DNA from: a virus
Taxonomy: Duplodnaviria; Heunggongvirae; Uroviricota; Caudoviricetes
Strand: one strand, 5' to 3'
IMG/VR virus record: IMGVR_UViG_3300020156_000001
Coordinates: 106,321-170,320 of that record
DNA: 64,000 nucleotides
Positions 33,453 to 41,940 of this stretch are shown in pieces. Below the pieces are notes generated by a model. That model was not told the DNA's origin. It did not search any database and saw nothing but the letters and a program-made list of their open reading frames with translations. The first letter of the stretch is position 1. The number at the start of each line of letters is the position of its first letter. The position numbers were made by a program, and so were the translations under genes.

Positions 33453-33527
33453 TGGAGCGGATAGCGGGAATCGAACCCGCTTCCAAACGTTGGCAACGTT
33501 TGATAATAACCAATATAATATATCCGC
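33453..33527 (-). tRNA. tRNA-Gly(GCC)
   Basis: Loop TTGCCAA, TCCA. Confidence 0.9.
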
Positions 33528-33542
33528 ATAAGAAAGCTCATC

Positions 33543-33751
33543 TGGGCGTCGAATCGGCCGTTACTAGAGATGAACTTGCCAATGCGGAGAGCAAACCTAT
33601 GACAGTTTGCCTCCGAATTGGATCCTACACTTGAAACCAGTCCAACATTGGAGCACTCGAAGTCTCCGTCGTCCTACAAGCTGTAGTCTGCTTCTATAGG
33701 GAAGCAGCCACCTTATTCCTCAGAGCCAAGCTTTCGCTGCGCTCTTGCCCA
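33543..33751 (-). ncRNA. ~210-nt multi-hairpin RNA at the 5' end of the tRNA transcript
   Basis: TGGGC/GCCCA closure, six internal hairpins, begins right after promoter. Confidence 0.65.
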
Positions 33752-33753
33752 AC

Positions 33754-33782
33754 AGTCTAACAGTTTTGCGTTTCCGTGTCAA
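33754..33782 (-). promoter_or_regulatory. sigma70-type promoter of tRNA array
   Basis: TTGACA-17 nt-TAGACT. Confidence 0.8.
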
Positions 33783-33802
33783 CCGTTTTCTTGTTGTATC
33801 TC

Positions 33803-33832
33803 GTTATATGCTTTGTTTCTTTTCCGCGTCAA
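33803..33832 (-). promoter_or_regulatory. Second tandem sigma70-type promoter
   Basis: TTGACG-18 nt-TATAAC. Confidence 0.6.
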
Positions 33833-33885
33833 CTACTTTTTTTATTTCTTTTGAATTTTTATTTTAAGCAGTTTGCGGAAGCTAG

Positions 33886-33921
33886 AAACGACAAAACCCG
33901 GATTAGTTGCCTAATCCGGGT
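33886..33921 (-). terminator. Intrinsic terminator of leader (attenuator candidate)
   Basis: ACCCGGATTAG-GCAA-CTAATCCGGGT-TTTGTCGTTT. Confidence 0.75.
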
Positions 33922-33949
33922 CCGTTAACCTTTTTGGGGAATTCTAAAG

Positions 33950-34108
33950 TTAAATTACTTTAGTTCCTCCTCGGAAAACCGACCCGGTGGTATCTGGGCG
34001 CATATTAAAGCGGTTGCCCAGATACTGTTCGAGTGCCGCGACCACGATAGCCGCAGGCAAGGCTTTAAAGCCCTTAATTTGCCAGCTATGTTGGGTCGTT
34101 GTTTGCAC
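33950..34108 (-). CDS. Leader peptide candidate, 52 aa (not in ORF track)
   Basis: AAAGGAAA RBS, GTG start; MQTTTQHSWQIKGFKALPAAIVVAALEQYLGNRFNMRPDTTGSVFRGGTKVI. Confidence 0.7.
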   Translation of the reverse strand: MQTTTQHSWQIKGFKALPAAIVVAALEQYLGNRFNMRPDTTGSVFRGGTKVI

Positions 34109-34165
34109 GGTCAGTTTCCTTTGAATTCGTTTAAGGCGCCACGTTTGTGGACGCGTCTATGTTTA

Positions 34166-34194
34166 TATTTATAGTTCCTGTATGGAATTGTCAA
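34166..34194 (-). promoter_or_regulatory. Promoter of leader (TTGACA plus TATAAATA)
   Basis: TTGACA at 34194-34189; TATAAATA at 34173-34166. Confidence 0.55.
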
Positions 34195-34231
34195 CTACTT
34201 TAATACAGGAATTACAAATCTTTTGAACTTT

Positions 34232-34483
34232 TTATTCCTCGTCCGCACGGGGCGGCGCAAGTCCAAGCCGTTCATGTGCGAGTACTAATGCGTCGAACGT
34301 AAGTTTTGTTTCGAGTCGAAGCATATCGCGGTGAGATTTTTTCAACTCCGCTAGGCCGGCCTCAAACTGCTTACGCGAATCACGGCCCGGATTCTCCATC
34401 ATTTCCTTGCGGAGCATTGTAAGGGTGATAGTGTCCAGTTTGTACTGATACACCGCTTCTTCATATGCTTGTGTGTCAATCAT
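34232..34483 (-). CDS. Hypothetical helical protein
   Basis: 83-aa ORF. Confidence 0.65.
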   Translation of the reverse strand: MIDTQAYEEAVYQYKLDTITLTMLRKEMMENPGRDSRKQFEAGLAELKKSHRDMLRLETKLTFDALVLAHERLGLAPPRADEE

Positions 34484-34703
34484 CTTTTTTCAGCGCCTTT
34501 GTTCCGCTAATACAATAATAAGTGCCACCGGATTCAATCCGAATTAGATCATCAGGGCAGTAATAGGAACTACTGTGTATGACTGCAAATGTTATTCCAA
34601 CGACTGTAAAGCTTATGGCCCCGCCAATAATAAGTAATCCGAAGATATCTTCCCATTCTGGCAAGCTGCGAACACTGATCGTTTTTACTTTTAGCCGGCT
34701 CAT
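34476..34703 (-). CDS. Small membrane protein, TM-CP...C family
   Basis: TM then YCPDD...YYC. Confidence 0.7.
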   Translation of the reverse strand: MSRLKVKTISVRSLPEWEDIFGLLIIGGAISFTVVGITFAVIHSSSYYCPDDLIRIESGGTYYCISGTKALKKDD

Positions 34704-34897
34704 TTGGGCTCCACCACTGGGCCGCCCATGCAAACGATCTGATCGTTGTTGTACAAACGAACCTTAACAAGATCCGCTGGGCATTCCAACTGAGAGTTGG
34801 TATACTTGCCATACAGGGAACCCAATATCATTCCAATGAAGATATAGGCGATGATGGTAAAATAGTGCTTGCGAAAAAAGTCCACCACTGGGTTCAT
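34700..34897 (-). CDS. Small membrane protein, TM-CP...C family
   Basis: TM then SQLECPAD...IVC. Confidence 0.7.
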   Translation of the reverse strand: MNPVVDFFRKHYFTIIAYIFIGMILGSLYGKYTNSQLECPADLVKVRLYNNDQIVCMGGPVVEPK

Positions 34898-34955
34898 ATG
34901 GCAAGAGTCTCCAATACTTTGGAGACTCTATAATTTCTACTCCTAAGAGTCAACC

Positions 34956-35429
34956 TTATCGGATAACTCGATAGAACTTGAGGAACTCGCGAACTTCAAC
35001 AAGGTTTTCCTTAGACTTTGCAAACATGATAAGCTGCTCGGCCTTTTCCTTCCACCACACGAGAACCATGTGGGCGTTTGCAAAACCACGGCTTTCATAG
35101 CCCGCACGCAAATACTTTTCCTTTTGCGTGAACTTATTTTCAGGCTTAAAGCCCTTCATTAGTTCCAAAAGATTTGTTGTGTCGGTAACGCCGGACTCTT
35201 TACGATACTTTTCAATAAACGGACGAGGGTCGTCCATAATGTCTTGAAAAGTTAGAAAGCCTTTGTTGAACGGATACATGGCCTTGCAGCCCTGTGGTAC
35301 TTGGCGAGCTAGAGTCTCCAAGTTTACCTTTACGTCCTTGTTCTTGTCCGCGCCGTTTTGTGCGGATACTGATTTGCCCATCTCTGTGACGAGATCTAGG
35401 TTTTTTCTAATTTCGTTTGTGTTTGTCAT
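34956..35429 (-). CDS. Hypothetical protein
   Basis: 157-aa ORF. Confidence 0.7.
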   Translation of the reverse strand: MTNTNEIRKNLDLVTEMGKSVSAQNGADKNKDVKVNLETLARQVPQGCKAMYPFNKGFLTFQDIMDDPRPFIEKYRKESGVTDTTNLLELMKGFKPENKFTQKEKYLRAGYESRGFANAHMVLVWWKEKAEQLIMFAKSKENLVEVREFLKFYRVIR

Positions 35430-35507
35430 GACCTGGTCCCTATCTAGAGGTATCTTTTATTTACCAGGCATGGTAAAGCCGAGGGTGTTAACCTCGGCTT
35501 AACAGGA

Positions 35508-35774
35508 TTAAAGATAACGGTAATTGTAAGCGGGCAGCCCAGCACGATTACGAACGTGATCAGCGTGAGCGCGGGCAGCGGCGATACGAGTTCCGATAGT
35601 CGCGTGGTCCGCGACCATGTCGCTCGTAAAACCCGGCAGAGCCGCATATTGCGCCTCATTGCGTTCGCGAATCTTTTCCAAGCTATTGTCGCGAATGCTC
35701 GCGTAAACGAGATACAAACCGTAAACCAAAGCACCTACAAAAAAGATTGCTGCACCGGTGTAAAAAGCGTCCAT
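35508..35774 (-). CDS. Membrane-anchored hypothetical protein
   Basis: N-terminal TM, 88 aa. Confidence 0.65.
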   Translation of the reverse strand: MDAFYTGAAIFFVGALVYGLYLVYASIRDNSLEKIRERNEAQYAALPGFTSDMVADHATIGTRIAAARAHADHVRNRAGLPAYNYRYL

Positions 35775-35897
35775 TTAGAAGTTCCTTTCCTTCAGATACC
35801 CCTGTGTAAAGCTTCTGGTAGCTAAAATGCAATATATTTTTAGACTTGATTTCTGATTCTTTCCTATTATAAAAGTGGGTAACAGGAAAGGTACACA

Positions 35898-36479
35898 ATG
35901 AACATCTTACAGTCGGCAATGGTTGGAGCTTTATGCGGCGCTGCTGTAACGCTATTGCCCGCGTGTAAGAGCAACAGTGTACTTGATCGCTTTGCAAATA
36001 CGCCAGTCGTGGCTATGTTGGCTTCCGATGTTTCAACCGATGAAACACTCAAAGTTGTTTTCTCCCAAACCAACAGCATTCTCATCCGCGAAGGCGTGGG
36101 TGGAAGACTCAATGGTATGCTTGAAACACTTGAATATTTGGATCAACATCCAGAGAAAACTGTTATCATCGACGGCCCTTGTGCCAGCGCGTGTACGCTG
36201 TTGTTGGGCAAGCCCAATAATGTAATGTTTACCGAACGTGCTGTGTTCCGTTTCCACAGTGTAAGCTGGCGCTACTTGGACGATTTGGATAGTCCGATCG
36301 CCCTTAGCTTGGAGGGCAACCTCAAGATGATGGAAGTGCTTCCCGCTCCTGTTAGAGAGTGGGTAGTTGAAAACAATGCGCTGGCAAGTTTGGATCTCAC
36401 AGATATGGACTTTGCCACAGCCAAGCGTTTGCTCCCACATATGGTTACTTCAAGCAAACAGGTTGAGAAAATCTTCTAA
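35898..36479 (+). CDS. Exported ClpP/crotonase-fold peptidase-like lipoprotein
   Basis: LLPAC lipobox-like; GVGG...IIDGPCASACT...FRFH. Confidence 0.65.
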   Translation: MNILQSAMVGALCGAAVTLLPACKSNSVLDRFANTPVVAMLASDVSTDETLKVVFSQTNSILIREGVGGRLNGMLETLEYLDQHPEKTVIIDGPCASACTLLLGKPNNVMFTERAVFRFHSVSWRYLDDLDSPIALSLEGNLKMMEVLPAPVREWVVENNALASLDLTDMDFATAKRLLPHMVTSSKQVEKIF

Positions 36480-36528
36480 GTATTAGAATTTCCTTAAATA
36501 GCTGGTAACAGCCGTTTGGGGATTTTCT

Positions 36529-37134
36529 ATGGCCAAGCTTACCAGACTCTTTATTGCATTCATGCTCTTTACGTTTTTGGGTTGCTCGGCAATGGCTGAA
36601 CAACCCGTTTTCTTTTCCGCTAATATGACCACGCTTGATGGACCCACTGATGATAACCTCATGAGTTTGCTCCATCGCTATGATACGATTGTTATCAAGT
36701 TCGGTGGTGGCGGAAAAGTTTATGGAATGTTCGACACGCTCGATTATCTCAAGACACGCCCACACAAAACAATCATCATCGACGGTGGCTGCTATAGCGC
36801 GTGTACAATGCTGTTGACGTCACCAAATGTTCTGCTCACACAAAATGCTCGCATATTTTTCCACAGCGCAACTTCCACAGTTTGTGAAGATGGGAAGAAT
36901 GTAACCCGTTTGGGACATAAAGCGAACAAGGATATGCTGGGCAAGTTCAACCCCATGCAACGCGCATGGATTAAGCTGCATAAGGCTTACGCGAGCACCA
37001 ACTTTACAGAGATGCCAAAGAAGCTAGTACGCCAGCTATACAAGAGCAAGTTTATCGACGGCTTTGGTAGCGGCGAAAAGATCATGAGCGTTAAGGTTGT
37101 ACCTGGTGCGCCTTATGATGCTTGTAAGTCGTGA
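36529..37134 (+). CDS. Exported ClpP/crotonase-fold peptidase-like protein (paralog)
   Basis: Signal peptide; GGGG...IIDGGCYSACT...IFFH. Confidence 0.65.
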   Translation: MAKLTRLFIAFMLFTFLGCSAMAEQPVFFSANMTTLDGPTDDNLMSLLHRYDTIVIKFGGGGKVYGMFDTLDYLKTRPHKTIIIDGGCYSACTMLLTSPNVLLTQNARIFFHSATSTVCEDGKNVTRLGHKANKDMLGKFNPMQRAWIKLHKAYASTNFTEMPKKLVRQLYKSKFIDGFGSGEKIMSVKVVPGAPYDACKS

Positions 37135-37439
37135 CCGTACTTGCGTGCCCACTTATTGCATTTTGCAAACATGATTGCGGCAAGCTGTTCGTCGGTAATA
37201 TCGGGAGCGGCTTCAAAGATGGAATCCAGTGCGCAGGCGATCACGTCAATGTTTTCGCCTACGATTCCATCTGGGCCCGGTGGTAGGCCCAGCTTTACTT
37301 TTTCGATTTCTTCGCGGAGTTCCAAGACTTCGCCATCCATATGATTGACGATATCGTCTTGGCTGCGACCGTTTCTAACTTGCTTGTTGAAGTGGCGGAC
37401 GACCGAGGTTATCGATTGTAATATCGGATCCATCTGCAT
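37113..37439 (-). CDS. MazG-like nucleotide pyrophosphohydrolase
   Basis: HMDGEVLELREE...GENIDVIACALD. Confidence 0.75.
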   Translation of the reverse strand: MQMDPILQSITSVVRHFNKQVRNGRSQDDIVNHMDGEVLELREEIEKVKLGLPPGPDGIVGENIDVIACALDSIFEAAPDITDEQLAAIMFAKCNKWARKYGHDLQAS

Positions 37440-37824
37440 AGTACACCATCCAATGTTTAAGTTTGGGACCAGTTTGCTCCATATAGCTGAGCTTTTTTAT
37501 TTGGTCAACCAGCTTCTTTTCATTGGCTGCTCTAAGCGCGTTCCACGTCGTCGGTAGTTTCTGTAGACGCTCACCCAATGCGGCTAACTCATTTAGAGCA
37601 TCTGTGTACTCGGGTGTTGTTGGAAGCATTACTGGCGCTGTTATGGCCCGGTATGAATGTAACAGTGGGAGTTTTAACTGAAGAAACTCGATTGCTTCCA
37701 ACCGAGTTTCAAAAGGCTTTTGTCTAACAATTTTCAAGGTAGCCGGTGATAGCCGCGTTTCCGCGTAAAGTGTTGATGGAAATTCAGCCTTATATAGTTT
37801 GTAATGGAACACTCTTGCACTCAC
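37375..37824 (-). CDS. Hypothetical protein
   Basis: 149-aa ORF. Confidence 0.65.
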   Translation of the reverse strand: MSARVFHYKLYKAEFPSTLYAETRLSPATLKIVRQKPFETRLEAIEFLQLKLPLLHSYRAITAPVMLPTTPEYTDALNELAALGERLQKLPTTWNALRAANEKKLVDQIKKLSYMEQTGPKLKHWMVYYADGSDITIDNLGRPPLQQAS

Positions 37825-37887
37825 AATTATGGTATTTCAACGTCAATTGTAACTGAAGTACCATAAAAGTCAATTAGCTACAAGTGT

Positions 37888-38541
37888 TTAGTTGATTTCC
37901 GTACGGTGAGCCTTAATGTAATCGAAAAGTGTCTGCGCCGTTGACTTCATATTCTTCATGCAAGCTTCCATACGTTCCTTAACTTCAGTGCGTTCTTCAT
38001 AGAAGTCATCATGTAGGGAAAGGAACTTTTTAGAAGCCACAGGATTACCATTCTTATCCTGCGTTGTTGTAATGCGATTCAACTGCCAAACAACTTGCCC
38101 CAGTGCGCTTTGGATTGAATTCAAGTTGCACGATTCCGTGTAGTGGACATCAAACTCCGCATACAATCTTTCAATTTCCTTGACGTCCAAGTCGCGGTAC
38201 ATTTCGATAAGTCGGCAGCCATTCTTGCTTACGTTTTCGTGATTCAAACGAAACCACATGGCATCAGCGGGCGTTTCAACTGTGATGATATGCCCACACA
38301 TATGCGTGTAAAGGTAACCATTGGGAGGCGCCAAATTGATGCGTGATTCAACGTCCCAAATAGACTTTTGAAAGGCAGTGTTTCCAAAACCCGTAACAGT
38401 CCAGCGTGACTTGATTGAGCCACGGATTGTATCAAGCTCAAGCTGATTATGTGTGGAAGCACGATCAATACGACGACGGGCTCCATAATAGCTACGTGGG
38501 GCCAAATGCTTGTCTGGGTAATGAAAAACTAGATGGTACAT
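37888..38541 (-). CDS. Hypothetical protein
   Basis: 217-aa ORF. Confidence 0.7.
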   Translation of the reverse strand: MYHLVFHYPDKHLAPRSYYGARRRIDRASTHNQLELDTIRGSIKSRWTVTGFGNTAFQKSIWDVESRINLAPPNGYLYTHMCGHIITVETPADAMWFRLNHENVSKNGCRLIEMYRDLDVKEIERLYAEFDVHYTESCNLNSIQSALGQVVWQLNRITTTQDKNGNPVASKKFLSLHDDFYEERTEVKERMEACMKNMKSTAQTLFDYIKAHRTEIN

Positions 38542-38632
38542 AACGACTTCCTCTTTCTATGCCTATGTTCTGCACGGGCGGATAATCAGAAGTCAATAAA
38601 TAAGGAAAACTTTTAATTAAATTGAGGAACCT

Positions 38633-39463
38633 ATGGCTAACCATACTGAACAGATGCGCTTGTTTATGGCGCTCACAGAAGCCGACTATACGGGCCCGGT
38701 TGACCATCCAGAGGTTAGCTATTCCCACAACGAAACAAAGGGCGAGATCACAAAGGTTATCGCCAATCTCAAAGGCAATTATTCGGGCAAGTTTACCAAG
38801 CTTGGACGCACGCTGAATCGCATCAGCTGGCTCTCGGAAAAGCTTGATCAGCTAACAGCACAAGCAAAGCAGGAAACACGCGAGCACATCGCTGAACTAT
38901 TCCACGCTGAGGATGCAGTGCGTACCCGTGTTATCGACACTGTAAGCTTTACGCTGACAATGACGAAGGATCCTACGCCTTCCAAGACTGTAAAGTATGC
39001 AAAGGTTCTCGAAGAGCTTGAAGAGCATTTGACGCCAGACCTACTAGCGATCATGAATGCGCTTGTGGAAAAGCACTCCAGCATTACAACAAAGGCTCCT
39101 GCGTTGATCAAACGCGCTGACAAAGCAGTTGCTGAAGAAGGCATTGATATGGATCTCAACGAGGGCGTTTGGGATGGTATCAAGGCATTTGTTGCCAAGT
39201 TCTCTGCCAAGATCATGAGCTGGACAAAGTCCTACGATGCAAAGCTAGACAAGCTCAAGGCAATGGCTCAAACAAACGAGTCCATGTATGAGATTCCAGA
39301 AGCTGTAGTTGAAGGTTCTAGCGATGGCGATCAGCTTGTTGATCGTTTGGTAACCGCTTGTGTTAGCTTTGGTTCCAAGGCCGCCGGTAACCCAGCAAAC
39401 CTATCAAGCCTACAAAAGGAAGTTCTCACCTTGGCCAATGAAGTCAAAGCGAGAATCAAGTAA
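38633..39463 (+). CDS. Putative late/virion coiled-coil protein
   Basis: 276 aa; TAAATA upstream; LTEA and LNEG motifs. Confidence 0.75.
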   Translation: MANHTEQMRLFMALTEADYTGPVDHPEVSYSHNETKGEITKVIANLKGNYSGKFTKLGRTLNRISWLSEKLDQLTAQAKQETREHIAELFHAEDAVRTRVIDTVSFTLTMTKDPTPSKTVKYAKVLEELEEHLTPDLLAIMNALVEKHSSITTKAPALIKRADKAVAEEGIDMDLNEGVWDGIKAFVAKFSAKIMSWTKSYDAKLDKLKAMAQTNESMYEIPEAVVEGSSDGDQLVDRLVTACVSFGSKAAGNPANLSSLQKEVLTLANEVKARIK

Positions 39464-39504
39464 TCAAGGAAATGGGGCTGGAGTAATTTCCAGCCCCAGC
39501 CATG

Positions 39505-40974
39505 TCAGCGGATACGAACCACGCTTGTAACAACAGTTGCGCCCAAACGGCCGCCAGTGCGCTGGTAAATGACCCAACCATCCTTGTTTGGATCAGTGCG
39601 CGATACTGCCATAACAGCGGTTGCACCCATGTTAACCGCACCATGTTGGGTTACGTTGACCATGCCTGCAACGCCGGTGATTTCGCGAGAAGCATCCGAA
39701 GTAACACGACCAAACGTGTCGAACGGAATAAGCGACTTTTCACCAAGCTGGCTGTTGTAGGGGTAATCCTTCACGCTTATCGAGCTTGCGCGAATACCCA
39801 GGTTTTCCAGTTCCGATTGCAGCTGAGTTGGAAGGTCTTCCCAATCAACATCATCTTCGCCGAACAAATCGCAGCCGCGGAACGTACCTTGGTCGCGCTC
39901 CTGCTGTGCCTTGAAGTCATTCTCACGACGAGTTTGATCCATCGCATTGGCTTCTGCTGCGGCCTGTGCATCACGAGCAGCATTTGCCGCATCGCTGAGA
40001 CTTGCGCGATCAACCGGCGGAGCGTGAACACGATCTTCCTTGTTGCCGCGGATACCCAAGTGATCAGCGGAACCATCGCCGGCTAGAATCGCTGCAAAGT
40101 CCTCGGGGCTAAACGTTTTGCGACCAGCAAGCTTTTCAGCCTTCTTCGCTTCAAACGCTTCTTCCTTGGCCTTCTTCAAGTTTTCGTCAACTGGGCCACC
40201 CGTCTTGACGGCCGTAATCTTCGAAATGTCCAGCGAACCATCAGCACGGATGATGCCATCGGTGTCAGTAATGCTGAGCTTGCCGTTTGGCGAAGCTTCA
40301 CCTGGCTTGCCCATACGTTCAGGAGTTGCTGTGGGATCCGCAGGAGGCGACGAGAAGGAATCATCCGACATCGTGCCGGCTTCCTTGGCCTTGCGCATCA
40401 TTTCCTTCATTTCGCGATCCTGTTCCTTCTCCTCTTCGGAGCGGCGGTCCCAAGGATCATTTTCTTCAAGACCATGCAGTTCTGCCAGGGTCTTTTCACG
40501 AGGACCTTTGTATTCAACGCCGGCGTCTTCAGCTGCCTTTTCCGCAGCATTGCGAGCAGCCTTTTCAGCGTTTTCATCACGGAGAGTTTTTTCAAACAAC
40601 ATGTCGGATTGCTTGTCGCGGGCCTGGACGCCGTTTTCAAGAACCTTGATGTTCCACTCAGTCATGAATGTTTCGCGCTGGGCTTCATCATCGTGATAGA
40701 AAACGTGAATGGGCTTTTTGAAACCCTTGTACAAGTCTTCAACTAGGTGTTGGAGCACCTTGCTCGTGTACATTTCGTTGAAGTTGCGCTTGTCGATTGC
40801 CTGTCCGCGTACGACGTCTAGGAATGACATATATTCCTCGATCGTGCTTGCGGAAGTCACCAGGGTCGCCACCCGGTTATCGACCACTTCCTTATGACCG
40901 TAAAGCATGAGTTCTCCTTGTAGCTTTGCGCCTACACTAGCAGGAGTAACCTGTGTGTCAAGCTTTTGTTTCAA
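39505..40974 (-). CDS. Large charged hypothetical protein
   Basis: 489 aa, E/K/A-rich centre. Confidence 0.8.
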   Translation of the reverse strand: MKQKLDTQVTPASVGAKLQGELMLYGHKEVVDNRVATLVTSASTIEEYMSFLDVVRGQAIDKRNFNEMYTSKVLQHLVEDLYKGFKKPIHVFYHDDEAQRETFMTEWNIKVLENGVQARDKQSDMLFEKTLRDENAEKAARNAAEKAAEDAGVEYKGPREKTLAELHGLEENDPWDRRSEEEKEQDREMKEMMRKAKEAGTMSDDSFSSPPADPTATPERMGKPGEASPNGKLSITDTDGIIRADGSLDISKITAVKTGGPVDENLKKAKEEAFEAKKAEKLAGRKTFSPEDFAAILAGDGSADHLGIRGNKEDRVHAPPVDRASLSDAANAARDAQAAAEANAMDQTRRENDFKAQQERDQGTFRGCDLFGEDDVDWEDLPTQLQSELENLGIRASSISVKDYPYNSQLGEKSLIPFDTFGRVTSDASREITGVAGMVNVTQHGAVNMGATAVMAVSRTDPNKDGWVIYQRTGGRLGATVVTSVVRIR

Positions 40975-41347
40975 AAAGGAGTTTGAAGAAGTTTTCGGAA
41001 TTCTGCAAATTCTGTACCATCAAATAGTTGATGCGGCCGGTTTGCATTTGGTACTCCAGTTGTGTGCTGGGTGCGCCCACAGTTATCACACGTTGGTGTC
41101 GTGGTATAGAAAACACATCCATATGGTCTACTTGAAACGCAGGCTGGCCATACGGCTTTTCTGAGAACCAGCAACGCAAGCTTAGATCTTGACTTTGCTC
41201 GCGCGTGTGGAGCATTTTAAAATCAATAGCTTGCCCTGGTTCGATTTGAAATTCAAAGCAGTAGGTGCGGCCATTTGCGATTTGGTACATATCATCCCAA
41301 TCGCGTTGTTCTTCAGTGATAATGGAAACTTCTTCAGGTAGGATCAA
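40958..41347 (-). CDS. Hypothetical protein
   Basis: 129-aa ORF. Confidence 0.7.
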   Translation of the reverse strand: MILPEEVSIITEEQRDWDDMYQIANGRTYCFEFQIEPGQAIDFKMLHTREQSQDLSLRCWFSEKPYGQPAFQVDHMDVFSIPRHQRVITVGAPSTQLEYQMQTGRINYLMVQNLQNSENFFKLLFETKA

Positions 41348-41586
41348 AATATCGGCTCCAGTGGCGGGTCTTGGTTTCTTGTATAGTTATAAAACTGCTC
41401 ACTTATTTCCAAACTATATAATTGATGTTTCACAACCTTTAACCGTTGTTTTAACTCATCTACCGTGTAGAATGGAACCCAATTTGGATCCTCTGCTTTC
41501 CGAATGGGATGGTTAACTGAAGCACGCTCAATGGCTGCTTCAAGTTGCTTGCGCCTTCTCCGGAAAAATGCGATATCGTGATTCAT
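41344..41586 (-). CDS. Hypothetical protein
   Basis: 80-aa ORF. Confidence 0.6.
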   Translation of the reverse strand: MNHDIAFFRRRRKQLEAAIERASVNHPIRKAEDPNWVPFYTVDELKQRLKVVKHQLYSLEISEQFYNYTRNQDPPLEPIF

Positions 41587-41597
41587 ACTTTGTTTAT

Positions 41598-41674
41598 TGG
41601 CGATCCCTGAGGGACTCGAACCCCCGACCTAGTGATTAGAAGTCACTTGCTCTATCCAGCTGAGCTAAGGGACC
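41598..41674 (-). tRNA. tRNA-Arg(UCU)
   Basis: Loop CTTCTAA, GCCA. Confidence 0.93.
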
Positions 41675-41679
41675 AAAGC

Positions 41680-41940
41680 TTACCTAATGTCGTTTTCCTT
41701 TTGCGGTGCGCCAAGCCGCTTTTTAAACTCGTCAAGTCGTTCAGGTGCGCGTTTCCGAATTACTTCTTCAAGCACCTTGGTTGAGTTTTCCTGATATGCG
41801 GCACGAGCTGCAATTCTCGTTCGCTCCAAATCCCATTTCAAATAGGATTCGTAAGCATTGCTGGAGGACCACATTCCCACAACAGCCAAAACAATAACGA
41901 TTTTTTGCTTGCGAGTAAGCCGGTTGGTGTCTTCCATCAT
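41680..41940 (-). CDS. Membrane-anchored hypothetical protein
   Basis: 86 aa, single TM. Confidence 0.6.
   Translation of the reverse strand: MMEDTNRLTRKQKIVIVLAVVGMWSSSNAYESYLKWDLERTRIAARAAYQENSTKVLEEVIRKRAPERLDEFKKRLGAPQKENDIR

Noticed and set aside
6418-33527. CRISPR array suggested by recurring gttcgaa/ctcgaacc motifs
   Set aside because: The repeats are tRNA T-loops with irregular spacing; no cas genes.
22826-33634. Many 60-125 aa ORFs overlapping tRNA genes (22826, 23058, 24522, 24586, 28527-28912, 32052, 32525, 33086, 33259)
   Set aside because: They are translations of tRNA sequences.
33543-33751. Group I intron or hammerhead identity (GCAGACTACA, CTGAGGA, GAAA)
   Set aside because: No matching S element or P7 partner, and no correctly ordered hammerhead stems by eye.
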